Below are positions 9,761-19,723 of a stretch of DNA of 33,315 nt, in pieces (within the stretch, counting starts at the first letter, position 1; every line of letters begins with the position of its first letter). The stretch is from Octopus bimaculoides. Lineage: Eukaryota. The stretch covers positions 145,868,120 through 145,901,434 of the forward strand of contig NC_068984.1 of NCBI RefSeq assembly GCF_001194135.2, written 5' to 3'. The position numbers and the translations under genes were made by a program. A model generated the notes under the pieces. The model did not search any database. It saw only the letters and a program-made list of their open reading frames with translations, and was not told the DNA's origin.

Positions 9761-10227
9761 AAACCGACTTTGAATGTGTCTTGTATCTGCTGACCAGATT
9801 TATCTGAAACATTTTGTCAGTGTGATGTTGGTAAACAGAAATTATATTAACTTCTTTGAAAGTAAGAATGTGGAACGTTTGAAAAAGTATTCACAAAATA
9901 GACCACACACATGTTTCAAGTGTGTTAGAAACCAGTAAACAGCACTGTTCTAACGTTTTAGTAACGTCGGACACATCAAGTCTTCCCAATTTTTATTGCT
10001 TTATATTATATTTTTTAATGGAAATTTTCATTGTCAAACGTAATGGAGGACATGTTTGCCAATTTTCAAGTCAGGAAAAACGAAAGAAAGAAAAACGAAA
10101 GAAACAAAAACGAAAGAAACAAAAACAAAAAAATAACACTCAAGAAATTATTCTCAGCTTTTCTTAATAGGAGAGCAAGATGAAACACATTTAATGTAGT
10201 TTACTATCGACAAAAGTGCTTTATATG

Positions 10228-10231
10228 TGTA

Positions 10232-10315
<84 letters not shown>

Positions 10316-10716
10316 GATGCATGCATGGATATATCTACCAGGTAGTGCTTATTAAGTTTGATGTGGCCTAGGCCAATCTTTGTCCATGTATGTATATAAA
10401 TATATGTGTATGTGCGTGTGTGTGTGCGTGTTTGTGTATGTGTGTGTGTGTGTACTTACGTCCGAATATTTGTATGCGCTGCATGTATGTATGTATGTAT
10501 GCATGTATGTATGTACGTATGTATGTACGTATGTATGTATGTATGCATGCATGCATGTACGTATGTATGTATGTATGTGCGCATGTATGTATGTATGCAT
10601 CTATGTATGTATGTATGTATGTATGTATTATGTATGTATGTATGCATGCATGTATGTATGCATGTATGCATGTATGTACGTACGTATGTATGTATGTATG
10701 GTATGTATGGTATGTA
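10228..10716. repeat. Large compound (TACA)/(TA)/(GT)/(ATGT) microsatellite block
   Basis: Directly visible; it explains the HTYI/MYVC ORFs. Confidence 0.95.
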
Positions 10717-10955
10717 TAGCTCCTCAGACCTGGCTGAGCTTGATGCCTCTTCCACTCGAGTATTCTTCGTCCACTCCTTTCCCTCGTCCTCTCATAACAC
10801 ATGGATGATGTCCAATCAAAGCTGCTCCAAGCCCTACATTAATCACAATGACCAGTCCTTCTTCCCCTGAATGCCCCCCTCCTAGAATATCATCCGTGCT
10901 CATGTCGTTCTTCCAGGTGTTGACTTACAAACATTCAAGAACATTAATAGCACCA
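10717..10955 (+). pseudogene. Decayed CR1/Jockey-group LINE ORF2 3' end
   Basis: Frames give SSDLAEL-MPLPL..KPYINHNDQSFFP*..AHVVLPGVDLQTFKNIN. This matches the CSSELA.L.P.P..R.NHY..SFFPRT..LWN.LP..VFP...LQ.FK..IN C-terminal signature. Confidence 0.55.
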
Positions 10956-11030
10956 ATCCCAATGGTCTGAGGGGGACCACCTAAGGCAATGGCAACTGAC
11001 CATTCCTCCAGAGCCAGCAACAAGGAAATA

Positions 11031-11262
11031 AATACATACATTCAAATATATAAATGTGTTCCTACATACATACATACATACATACATACATACATACATA
11101 CATACATACATACATACATACACACACACATACATACTCACATGCATACCAACACTCATACACACACATACACACATACACACACACACACATACGTACG
11201 TACGTACGTACGTACGTACATACATACATACACACACACACACATACATACATACACACACA
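11031..11262. repeat. Compound (ACAT)/(CA)/(ACGT) microsatellite block
   Basis: Directly visible. Confidence 0.95.
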
Positions 11263-11649
11263 GAAAGGTACTTGTGCTTCGTTCACACAGAAGATCGATC
11301 TATTTACGTCATCGCAGTTTATTCATAGAAAAGAGTTAATTGTCAGGATTCCAGGTTATAAACAAAACAAGTTGATTTCTTATCAAAAACTGCCAAAATT
11401 ACACAGAGAAATGCAAACTGGCTGAATTTTCTTACGTTCATATTCAAATATCTGTGGAGTTATTTACGCAATTAAATATGTTTATAAATGCCTGTCTATT
11501 TATTAACAATGTACAACATACGCACTCACACACACACGTATACATGATGGCTGCAACTCGATTCCGAGCAATGCTATCGCTTGAGTGTTCTCTTAAGTAC
11601 GAACAGCATGGATCTGGCTTTTTAGTCTGTTGTAGGACCTAGACTCCTT

Positions 11650-12090
11650 TGCGCAAATTTGGCAACGATGGGTGCTTCTTGCAGGTGTTCAGGGACCTTA
11701 CCGCTGGTGCTTACACACGCCTCCTTTCCATTATAAAACTTTTCATTCGGGTGCTTTGCCTTTTTCTGCAACAGCTATTATGGCAAACCAAATCATACAA
11801 TGCCTAACAGAGACGCTAAAATGAAGCAAAGCCTGAGGCTTTTGTTTTTTTAAGTAAAGAAAGCCTTTGAATAGGGATAATCCTAATCGCTAAACAGCGT
11901 ATGCGTTTGCCCCCAAAGAAGAACTAGCTCACATCATTGGATGCAGACGAAGTCACGGGTGTTATATCAAGGTTTTCCTTCTAGAGAGATGTTTAAACAA
12001 AGACAAGGGGTCACTCACTCCTAACTGTTGGATGGATGTTGACTCTACTGAGTTCGTTCACACTTTTGCTTTTCGTTCTGCAGAGTATCC
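11650..12090 (+). pseudogene. Possible very old R4-like RT fragment
   Basis: GCRRSHGC..LERCLNKDKGSL..NCWMD..HTFAFRSAEY weakly parallels EQKGCRR.S.GC..ILEN..K.K.NL..AWID..VPH.WI. The match is gapped and judged by eye only. Confidence 0.25.
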
Positions 12091-12271
12091 AACGAAAATC
12101 CCCCTTCTTACCAAGCAGGCTTAGTAGGTTTGCCGGTTTAGTCGCCGGACAGCCTCACCATGCTCAGGGTTGAACCGGATTACATGTTACCAGTGCCACT
12201 GGTAACATGTAACCAGGTTCACTAAGAATATATATATTTATATATTTGTTGTTGGGGGGCGCAGCATATCT

Positions 12272-12470
12272 GAATAGTTAAGAAATTCGCTCCCCAATCA
12301 CAAGTTGGCGACTCGACGCAAGCTGTGAGCGGTAGGATCGTTCTTGTAATTCAAAGTTCCAGACTTTGAATTACAAATCTTGTCCCACTCTGTCCGCTTG
12401 AGAATTATGTTAAAGGTACACGTATCTGTGGAATATTCGCACTAGTTCAATGAGACGTTGGTTCAGCTTA
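12272..12470 (+). mobile_element. Diverged SINE (C-type tail)
   Basis: GGGGGGCGCAGCATATCTGAATAGTTAAG head-like start, and TGAGAATTATGTTAAAGGTACACGTATCTGTGGAATATTC shared with 4715-4750. Confidence 0.45.
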
Positions 12471-12719
12471 TCGAATAACTGAATACTGATCGCTTTTGTT
12501 CTTTGATGTTGTCATCCTTTAAACAACGGTTCTATAATCAGAGCATTCTAACCGAAAGCATTCTTCCCTTTCTTACTATACATCAATCACTGCACCTTCC
12601 TTTGTGACATTTCCTTTGTAAAGACAATATCATGATAGGGTATGATTTGAGAGAGATTAAACTATTATTTCTAGCAGTCAAATCTATCTTATATTGATTC
12701 ATATTAGAGAAGTTGTCCT

Positions 12720-13450
12720 CCAGCTAAAGACAACATCCACTCTCACACTACATTGTCTATATTTTCCTAAACATTCGGTTTGAATGTGTTGGAGTTGTTG
12801 TTTTTAGATTGTAAACACTCTATACATCCTCTTCTGAACTGTCTCCGGATTCCGCTAACAATGAAGAATTCTTATATCGACCAAGCGTCTGTCATTTCTG
12901 ATCTTTAGATGCCATCAATCGTTACTGTAGACTGCGGTCTTTTTGCGTAAATAAACGAATAGCAGCAGGATACGTCGCTGACAAACTCCTGGGGTAACAA
13001 CAAAGCATCAATGTTTTCCTTTTCTTCCGTCACACAGCAACTGGACTTAAATACTTCTAACGATTGCGATGCTGTGTTTCAGAATCTTGTACGTTATTTT
13101 TGCAGTGCTTCACAGCGCAAAATGCTCGACGAACGCCGTCGAATGTCTTTTAGAAGTCAATAGATATTATTGACAATGGCTGTTGGAACTCCAAACACTG
13201 CTCTATGATATACGGCATTGTGAAGATTTGTTCACAGTATGACTCCTCCACATACACAATTTATGCCTTTCTTGGGTTAGAGCTAGTCAACATGAACTCA
13301 GGACATGCTCCATTGCCTGTTAACCTTAGCAGAGTGGACACTCGAAATTATCTAATTTGCCCCTGCTTTACTACCTTCCGGATTCTTATGACATCGTCTG
13401 CCTTTTTCACCTCCTCTAAAATCAGATCTCTCCTCAAATCTCCTTGTCCC
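12720..13450 (-). pseudogene. Decayed RTE-clade LINE reverse transcriptase fragment
   Basis: Minus strand gives ordered motifs: LEEVKKA, QCLEFQQPLSIISIDF*KTFDGV, KSSCCV, FVVTPGVCQRRILL, LLAESGD. These match RTE QC.EF..PL...FIDF.KAFDSV / SSCCV / TGVRQGCILSP / ..ALLAES. The FADD catalytic motif is destroyed. Confidence 0.7.
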
Positions 13451-13514
13451 CCTAACCATCATTCAATTTCTCAGTCTCATTATTTCTCTGATCGTAAGGA
13501 CTTCTTTTGGTGCT

Positions 13515-13648
13515 TCCTCGGCCGCCTGGACTGGAGCAACGCGAAATGAAGCGGCTTGCTCAAGAACACAACACACTGCTGGTCTGGGAAGCGAAACCGT
13601 GATCTTAAGAGCATGAGTGCAGCACCCTCACCACTGGGCTACGCGACT
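13515..13648 (-). mobile_element. tRNA-derived SINE family C, 5' half
   Basis: The reverse complement GTAGCCCAGTGGTGAGGGTGCTGCACTCATG..GGTTTCGCTTCCCAGACC..GTGTTGTGTTCTTGAGCAAG..GTTGCTCCAGT aligns with 20687-20815. A-box and B-box-like motifs are present. Confidence 0.75.
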
Positions 13649-13659
13649 ACACAGAGAAG

Positions 13660-14471
13660 ATGGAATAGAGAGAGAGGAAGTGAAAGAGTAAAGAAGGGAG
13701 ATGGAGAAATAGAGAGGCAGAGAAAAAAGGTGACTCAACAACATAGAGAGAGAGAGAGACAGACAGAGACAGAGACAGAGACAGAGAGAGATAGAGAAAG
13801 CTTTAAAAACAAGTGAGAAATAAGCGTTTGCATGAGATAGAGAAGGGGAGGAGGAGGGTGAGAAGCAGAGAGAACAAAGGAAATTTTTTAAGAGTATCGG
13901 GCGGCGGTAAGAAGGTAAAGAGAGAAAGAGAGGGGGAGAAAGAGAGAGTGTGAGTTATGGAGGAAGATGGGAGGAGGGAGTGAGTAGAAAGAGGGGGAGA
14001 AAGAGGAGGGTGACAAAGAGATGAAGGGAGAAGTGAGAGGAATGAGAAGAAAGATGAGTAAATATTGAAGAGTAAAGTCTGAAGAATTATGGGTGTTCGT
14101 TTGTGTGTTTGTGTATATGCATCTATAAAGTTATATACATACACAGACATATATATAAGTATATATATACTCACCTATACATTTATATACATACATATAT
14201 ATATANNNNNNNNNNNNNNNNNNNNNNNNNNNNNNNNNNNNNNNNNNNNNNNNNNNNNNNNNNNNNNNNNNNNNNNNNNNNNNNNNNNNNNNNNNNNNNN
14301 NNNNNNNNNNNNNNNNNNNNNNNNNNNNNNNNNNNNNNNNNNNNNNNNNNNNNNNNNNNNNNNNNNNNNNNNNNNNNNNNNNNNNNNNNNNNNNNNNNNN
14401 NNNNNNNNNNNNNNNNNNNNNNNNNNNNNNNNNNNNNNNNNNNNNNNNNNNNNNNNNNNNNNNNNNNNNNN

Positions 14472-14510
<39 letters not shown>

Positions 14511-14804
14511 ATTATGAGAGTTTAAAACAATGAAATAATTGAAGAGTATATAAAATAAAGTGGGGAAGAAAGAGAAGAGAGTGTAAAGTTTGAGAGAGAG
14601 ACAGAGAGGGGGAAGAAAGAAAGAAAGGGGGGGAAGTGGCATATGTGATAGAGACAGGGTGTATGTGTGAGGGAGAAAGACATGGAGAGAGAATGTTTAT
14701 GTGTGAGAGAGAGAGAAAGGAAGGAAAAGCGAGAGAGGAGAATTATGAGAGAAAGTAAATCTGTGAGTAGCATGGTTGAGAGAAAGAATGTTATGTGTAT
14801 GTAA

Positions 14805-14837
<33 letters not shown>

Positions 14838-15110
14838 AGAGAGGTAGTAAGGGAGTGAGAGAGAGAGAGAGTAAGTAATTGTGTGTGTGAGTGAAAGACG
14901 TGTGTATGTGAATGGAGCGTGAGAGAGAGAAAGAAAGACAGAGCATATGAGGGTGAGTGCTGGAGTTATAGAAAGTATGTGACGATAATGTGTATGTGTG
15001 TGCGAGAGAAAGAGTATATGAATGTGTACGTGTGCTGCAGTTACAGAAAGTATGTAATGTATGTGAGAGAGAGAGAGAGAGTGTGTGTGTGCGCGCGCAC
15101 GCGCTATTGC
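13660..15110. repeat. Purine-rich (GA)n/(GT)n low-complexity region spanning an N-gap
   Basis: Directly visible. It includes a 24-bp diverged direct repeat at 14957-14980 / 15032-15055 (75-bp period). Confidence 0.9.
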
Positions 15111-15200
15111 TGGCATATATAAAGCCTGTTGCCTTGCGTGGCTGACAGTTTTGCTCTCTCCATTAACACGATATATTGGTCTCTTACCTTATAATATTCC

Positions 15201-15235
15201 ACCACGGGCTAACCACGGGCTAACCACGGGCTAAC
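15201..15235 (+). repeat. (ACCACGGGCTA)3 tandem repeat
   Basis: Three exact 11-bp units plus AC. Confidence 0.95.
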
Positions 15236-15646
15236 TACATTACATTAACGGATACTGATCTACTTTGTATAATAATATACTCTGTAAGTAACAAGTTTCC
15301 TTTATTTTCTATTAATTTCTTCTCATTTAAAACGTTTGTTAATGGCTATCTGCTTGTTACATCATTATTTGATGTGTCATTGTTCTTTCTTCTCCTCTTT
15401 TACCACGTCTTCTTGTTTCTGCTTTGTTTTCTATCTTCTCATAAATTAATCTTTACAAAGTCGCCAATAAGTTAAGGCGATCTATCGTAAGATCGCCTAA
15501 GTTAACTTATTATTGCGAAATCATAAGTTTTAATTAGCAAACTTTCTTTGTTGTATCTCTCTAAGTGTTGTGTTTGTCGTTAAGAGAACGAGAGAAAAAC
15601 GAAGACTATGTATGTTTTGTGTGTAATAACACACGCACAAACACAA

Positions 15647-15689
<43 letters not shown>

Positions 15690-15773
15690 GGCACACACCT
15701 TTCAATTAAGAGCTATTCTCGTTTTAAACTTTGAGCACCTGCTGTGTACACAGACACCATGCGTAATATATAT

Positions 15774-15815
<42 letters not shown>

Positions 15816-15904
15816 CAATATAGACAGAGCAGGTGTATAGTACACAGACAAACATTAGATATATTCAGTCCTCAAAACATTGTTTACAACAACGCGGAAG
15901 CCGC

Positions 15905-16030
15905 TACAGGGTTGCTTGACCTACTAGAAATGGCAGCCAGGTAGCCTTCAAATCGTTGTACCTTGGTTTCTAAGAACAATGGGAAGACATATTCGATAAG
16001 TTAGACTTGTCTTTGACAGAGAGGAACCGT
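15905..16030 (-). mobile_element. Unclassified interspersed repeat D, tail fragment
   Basis: GACCTACTAGAAATGGCAGCCAGGTAGCCTTCAAATC is the reverse complement of the GATTTGAGGGAG..GCTGCTATTTCTAG motif also at 17660-17710, 31895-31915 and 33055-33085. Confidence 0.55.
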
Positions 16031-16176
16031 GAGCCGCTTCGTAGTTAAAATGATTTTTGACCAGATGTCGTCTGTCCGATCAGAAGTGGAATGGGGTTAA
16101 ACACCACCATCAACACACCGTACACACACGCACACATTGTATACAATCCTCACGCAGTGTATGCAACTTGATACAG

Positions 16177-16211
<35 letters not shown>

Positions 16212-16479
16212 ATACTCCAGAGTATACACACATATGTGCATATAAAATCATATCCACATATATGCGATCGATCGACAAGGTCTCTGGATAATCGTTCGAT
16301 TTACTTGAACAGCTAAGTCTCCTTCTAATTAAGATTCTACAATTTAAAAAAGACAGCAGCGAATGACCGACACAATGATAAATAACGTGTTTCTAGATAC
16401 TCTTTAAAAACAGAATGGTCTCTTTTATTTTAAGTCTGTTCGCTACATGAAGGGTCAGTGTTCGTGACCATCCGACAGC

Positions 16480-16745
16480 AGCGAGATTGAGGTTTTGGAC
16501 GGTCTACTTAAACTGTTGCAACTTAGCGACTGCAATAAGAAAATGCTGGGCGGGAATTCCAAAAAGTCGGTCTTTCAAGGAAATTGTGATCGAGTGTAAA
16601 GGGTTTGTGCTGGGTTTGGGATGTTGGACATGGGTGGCGCGAGGGTGGACATAAGAGTAAGTTGAGGCTACCTGAGTAGATGTGGCATGAGACCCAGCCG
16701 GTGGAAAAGGCAGCGAGAAGAGATCGGTCTGTGGATCATCCAGGA
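16480..16745 (-). pseudogene. Decayed CR1/Jockey-group LINE ORF2 3' end (same type as 10717-10955)
   Basis: Minus frames give ISSRCLFHR, HVQHPKPSTN, TFWNSRPA and LQQFK*TVQNLNL. Confidence 0.45.
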
Positions 16746-16844
16746 GTGTGTGAGTGAGTGAGTTAATGTCACATTGATAACTTGGCCCTTAATAACAACC
16801 TATTATACAAATGTGTGTGTGTATATGCAGATGTACTAGCTATA

Positions 16845-17095
16845 GGGGTGACCGAATGATGAAGTTGGCTTTGGCAATAGGGGACCCTCAATAAATCCCA
16901 CTACGTGGTATGTGTCTTTTGCTATAGATTCGAGTCGACCCAAGTGTTGTGAGTGGAAACTAGGTGGACGGAATCTGTAAAAGCCCGTTGAGTGGTTTGT
17001 CTGCCCTTGTTATTCAAAGGGTCATCTTGTTCCATTCACTATCTTACGCTGATTTTTGCCTGAGTATTTCTGATGTTAAGGGCACGAGGGAAACA
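16845..17095 (+). mobile_element. Diverged SINE with family-A mid-section and C-type tail
   Basis: GTGTCTTTTGCTATAGATTCGAGTCGACCCAAG..GTGAGTGGAAACTAGGTGGACGGAATCTGTAAAAGCCCGT (family A), then TTCAAAGGGTCATCTTGT..GCTGATTTTTGCCTGAG..GTTAAGGGCACG. Confidence 0.55.
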
Positions 17096-17639
17096 CTTAG
17101 CCTCTTTACACTATAATTTAAATAAGACAATCTAACTAATCGAACAACTAAAAACAAATACTCATCGTCTCAACTGACTGAGATCCATATCCTTTTTTCT
17201 TTTCGTTACACACGCATATATGTGTGTGTATAAACATAGCACACATGTGTCTGTATTTATCTCGACATGAACAAAAGCGGGAGCCATATCGCACACGCTT
17301 ACATACATTCCATGTATATAAGTGGAGGGATGGGGAGAGGTGATTAGTACAAGTGGGAGAAGAGTGTACAGTGAGTGAGTGTGAGAGAGTGTGCGTGGTG
17401 GGAGAATGCGAAGTAGGAGCGGGAAGGGCAGAGAAACGGTACCACCATTGGTTGACTAGCTTCGTTGTTCTTATTATATATATTTATAACATTCCATTCT
17501 CTCAAAGAGCTTGGCATGAAAGTACAAACAACTCCAGAGAAACTATTTCCCTAAAGTCGGTGAACTTTTCCATCGACACCATAGCTGACAGCACACACGC
17601 ATGTGTGTTTGTTATAATTCCTCACCACACATGTATGAA

Positions 17640-17851
17640 ACCCAATGGGGGCAGCCTCTATGTGGTCGCTTCATTTGCTAAAAATAGCTGACAGCTCTCC
17701 CTCAAATCACACCCCCTGCCTTTTAAAAAGGAGGAAGGACGCATGAGATAATGTTGAAAGCCGTAAAAATGATCGTATGGTTATAGCTGCCGTGTCCTTT
17801 TTTCATTTACTGCTTTTCGAACAAGGCTGACCTGGACCTAGAGACATCAAC
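17640..17851 (-). mobile_element. Unclassified interspersed repeat D, near full copy
   Basis: Both ends match the reverse complement of 31708-31950 (GCCTCTATGTGGTCGC..CTCCCTCAAATCACACC..GGCTGACCTGGACCTA). Confidence 0.6.
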
Positions 17852-17884
17852 ATAAACTCACACATACGTGTGTGTGTGTATTTT

Positions 17885-17985
17885 ATATGTTACTTGTTTC
17901 AGTCATTGGAATGCGGCCACGATGGGGCACCGCCATGAAGTTTTCTAGTCGAAATCGCCCATAGTGCTTACTTTTGAAGTCTATA
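17885..17985 (-). mobile_element. SINE family A, 3' tail fragment
   Basis: TTACTTGTTTCAGTCATTGGAATGCGGCCACGATGGGGCACCGCC..TAGTCGAAATCG matches the reverse complement of 32915-32990. Confidence 0.75.
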
Positions 17986-18296
17986 TATGTGTATACAAGC
18001 AGCAATGTGTGTACATAATATATGTACACACACACTGACAGTTCTAGGAAACTTTCTTCTCTCGAATTAAGAATTTTGGTAATTGGTGTGGCCTGGATAG
18101 TATTAGAAGAGGAATGGAAAGAGGAATCAACTTGAGGAATTAACTAGACTATGAAGAATTAGATGAAACAATAGACTTTTTAGATAATGAAGAATGTGAA
18201 AGCGATTAGCTGAGATTCTGTTCTGTTTGACCGTTTTTCCTACTGACACTGGTTCACCGTTTTATTACCGCCTCCCCTCCTCTTCCTCTCTTGTTA

Positions 18297-18692
18297 TCTT
18301 TTGTGTTTCATTCATTGGACTGTAGCCATGAAGGGGCCACTGCCTTGAAGAGTTGTAGTCGAACAGATCGACCCCAGTATTTAGTTTTTCTTAAAGTCAT
18401 ACTTATTCTATCGGACTATTTTGCCGAACCGCTAAGTTATAGCAAAGGTAAAGAAACCAATAACCGCTAAGTTATAGGAAGGCAAAGAAACCAAGTGGTA
18501 GAGATGTGACACACACATACATACATACATAGATCCTACAGGCTTCTACACAGTTTCCGTCTACCAGTCTCGCTCACAAGGCATTTGTCGACCCGGGGCT
18601 ATAGTAGAAAACACTTGCCCAACGTGCCACACAAAGGGACTGAGCCCAAAACCACATGGTTTCAAATTGAGCTTCTTAGCCACACAGTCATG
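18297..18692 (-). mobile_element. SINE family A, full-length copy with internal ~35-bp tandem duplication
   Basis: Collinear with the reverse complement of 32638-32990. AACCGCTAAGTTATAG..AAAGAAACCAA is duplicated at 18427-18461 / 18462-18494. Confidence 0.85.
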
Positions 18693-18759
18693 TGTGTCTT
18701 ATTTAAAATCAGTTTTGCTCTTACTAATTCCCAGTATATCCAACAACACCAGTAGACAA

Positions 18760-18810
18760 CTCATATCTCATTGACGAAGGTATTTGTCCGAAACGTTAGA
18801 CTTCTCTTTG
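18760..18810 (+). ncRNA. Degenerate Penelope-like-element terminal motif resembling a minimal type I hammerhead ribozyme
   Basis: TTGACGA-A-GG-TATTTGT-CC-GAAA-CGTT resembles the CUGANGA..GAAA core, with a C3 to U change, a 2-bp stem II and palindromic AACGTT. Stem I is poorly paired. Confidence 0.4.
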
Positions 18811-18849
18811 TCACGTTTATGATAAAAAGTTGTATGCCGAGGGCGCTGC

Positions 18850-19000
18850 TGTGCTCCGACACTGAACGCAGGAGTCGATGTCTCATCAGGCAGTGAAGTA
18901 GCTCTGTAAATGTTTTGGTTCTTTCCATCACGATACCAGAGCTACCCGGAGGCCACCCGCCGATTTTGCACTAACCTTGTTGAATCAGATGTTGCGACCT
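18850..19000 (-). pseudogene. Possible RTE-like LINE fragment (post-RT region)
   Basis: Minus frames RNI*FNKVSAKSAGGLR and LWYRDG..NIYRAT resemble RI.KAS..FG.LR..LW...TK..VYRA. The match is weak. Confidence 0.25.
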
Positions 19001-19398
19001 TGGGCCAGATATATCCCAATTGCATGTTTTAAAAAGGGTAGGGGGTATCTTTCGTGTTATGTACATAAAATTGGCGGATAAGTTGATAAGAAATAAAATA
19101 AATAAAAATGAAAGAAAGTAATCATTTGACGAATGATGTGATAATGGCGCCAGGCAAACTCTTGATTACCTCGACGCAGACGATCGCTAGTTTCTTGAGA
19201 TACTGCTGTTTCGCCTGATAATAAAATAATATCGTAGAAATTTAAGATGGTGTATGAGATGTTGGAATGATAACGAGGAAGATAATTCATCTTCCTTAAT
19301 ATTGCAACAATAAATTTCTCAGTTTTCCTGACAGACAGAAATCCTTTCTTTTCACAGATGGATACCGTTTCGCCATATTTCTTCCCAACTCTCTCTCA

Positions 19399-19406
19399 GA
19401 CACACA

Positions 19407-19483
<77 letters not shown>
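19399..19483. repeat. Long (CA)n microsatellite
   Basis: Directly visible; the main uninterrupted run is about 37 units. Confidence 0.95.
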
Positions 19484-19487
<4 letters not shown>

Positions 19488-19607
19488 TTTAGAAATGCTC
19501 TCGACATGCCGTATAACCACGACGGCTCTCCAACAACTCCATCAGGAGTTGAAGATCCAAGACTAGGCATATACGTATGTACATACATACTGTATAGATA
19601 TCTATGT

Positions 19608-19723
19608 TAGTGATTCCCAACCTTTTCACTACCAAGGGCCCCTTTTATTTAAATGAGTTTTCCCACGGACCCCAGGATATTGAAAGGTCTGTAAACCCCC
19701 AGTACTCTCTTTGCGGACCACTG
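19608..19723. mobile_element. hAT (Charlie-like) MITE with 8-bp TSD
   Basis: Left TIR TAGTGATTCCCAA versus reverse-complemented right TIR CAGTGGTCCGCAA (9/13). Identical flanking 8-mers ATCTATGT at 19600-19607 and 19724-19731 partly fit the Charlie NTCTAGAN target preference. Confidence 0.75.

Noticed and set aside
10352-11425. Overlapping 74-154 aa ORFs (HTYI/MYVC repeats)
   Set aside because: They are translations of (ACAT)n/(CA)n microsatellites with no coding signature.
14089-14642. ORFs spanning the gap at 14206-14471
   Set aside because: N-gap plus (TA)n/(GA)n artefacts.
18130-18210. Acidic mini-ORF DYEELDETIDFLDNEECESD*, reminiscent of a piggyBac N-terminus
   Set aside because: It is too short and low-complexity, and I found no TTAA-flanked TIRs.
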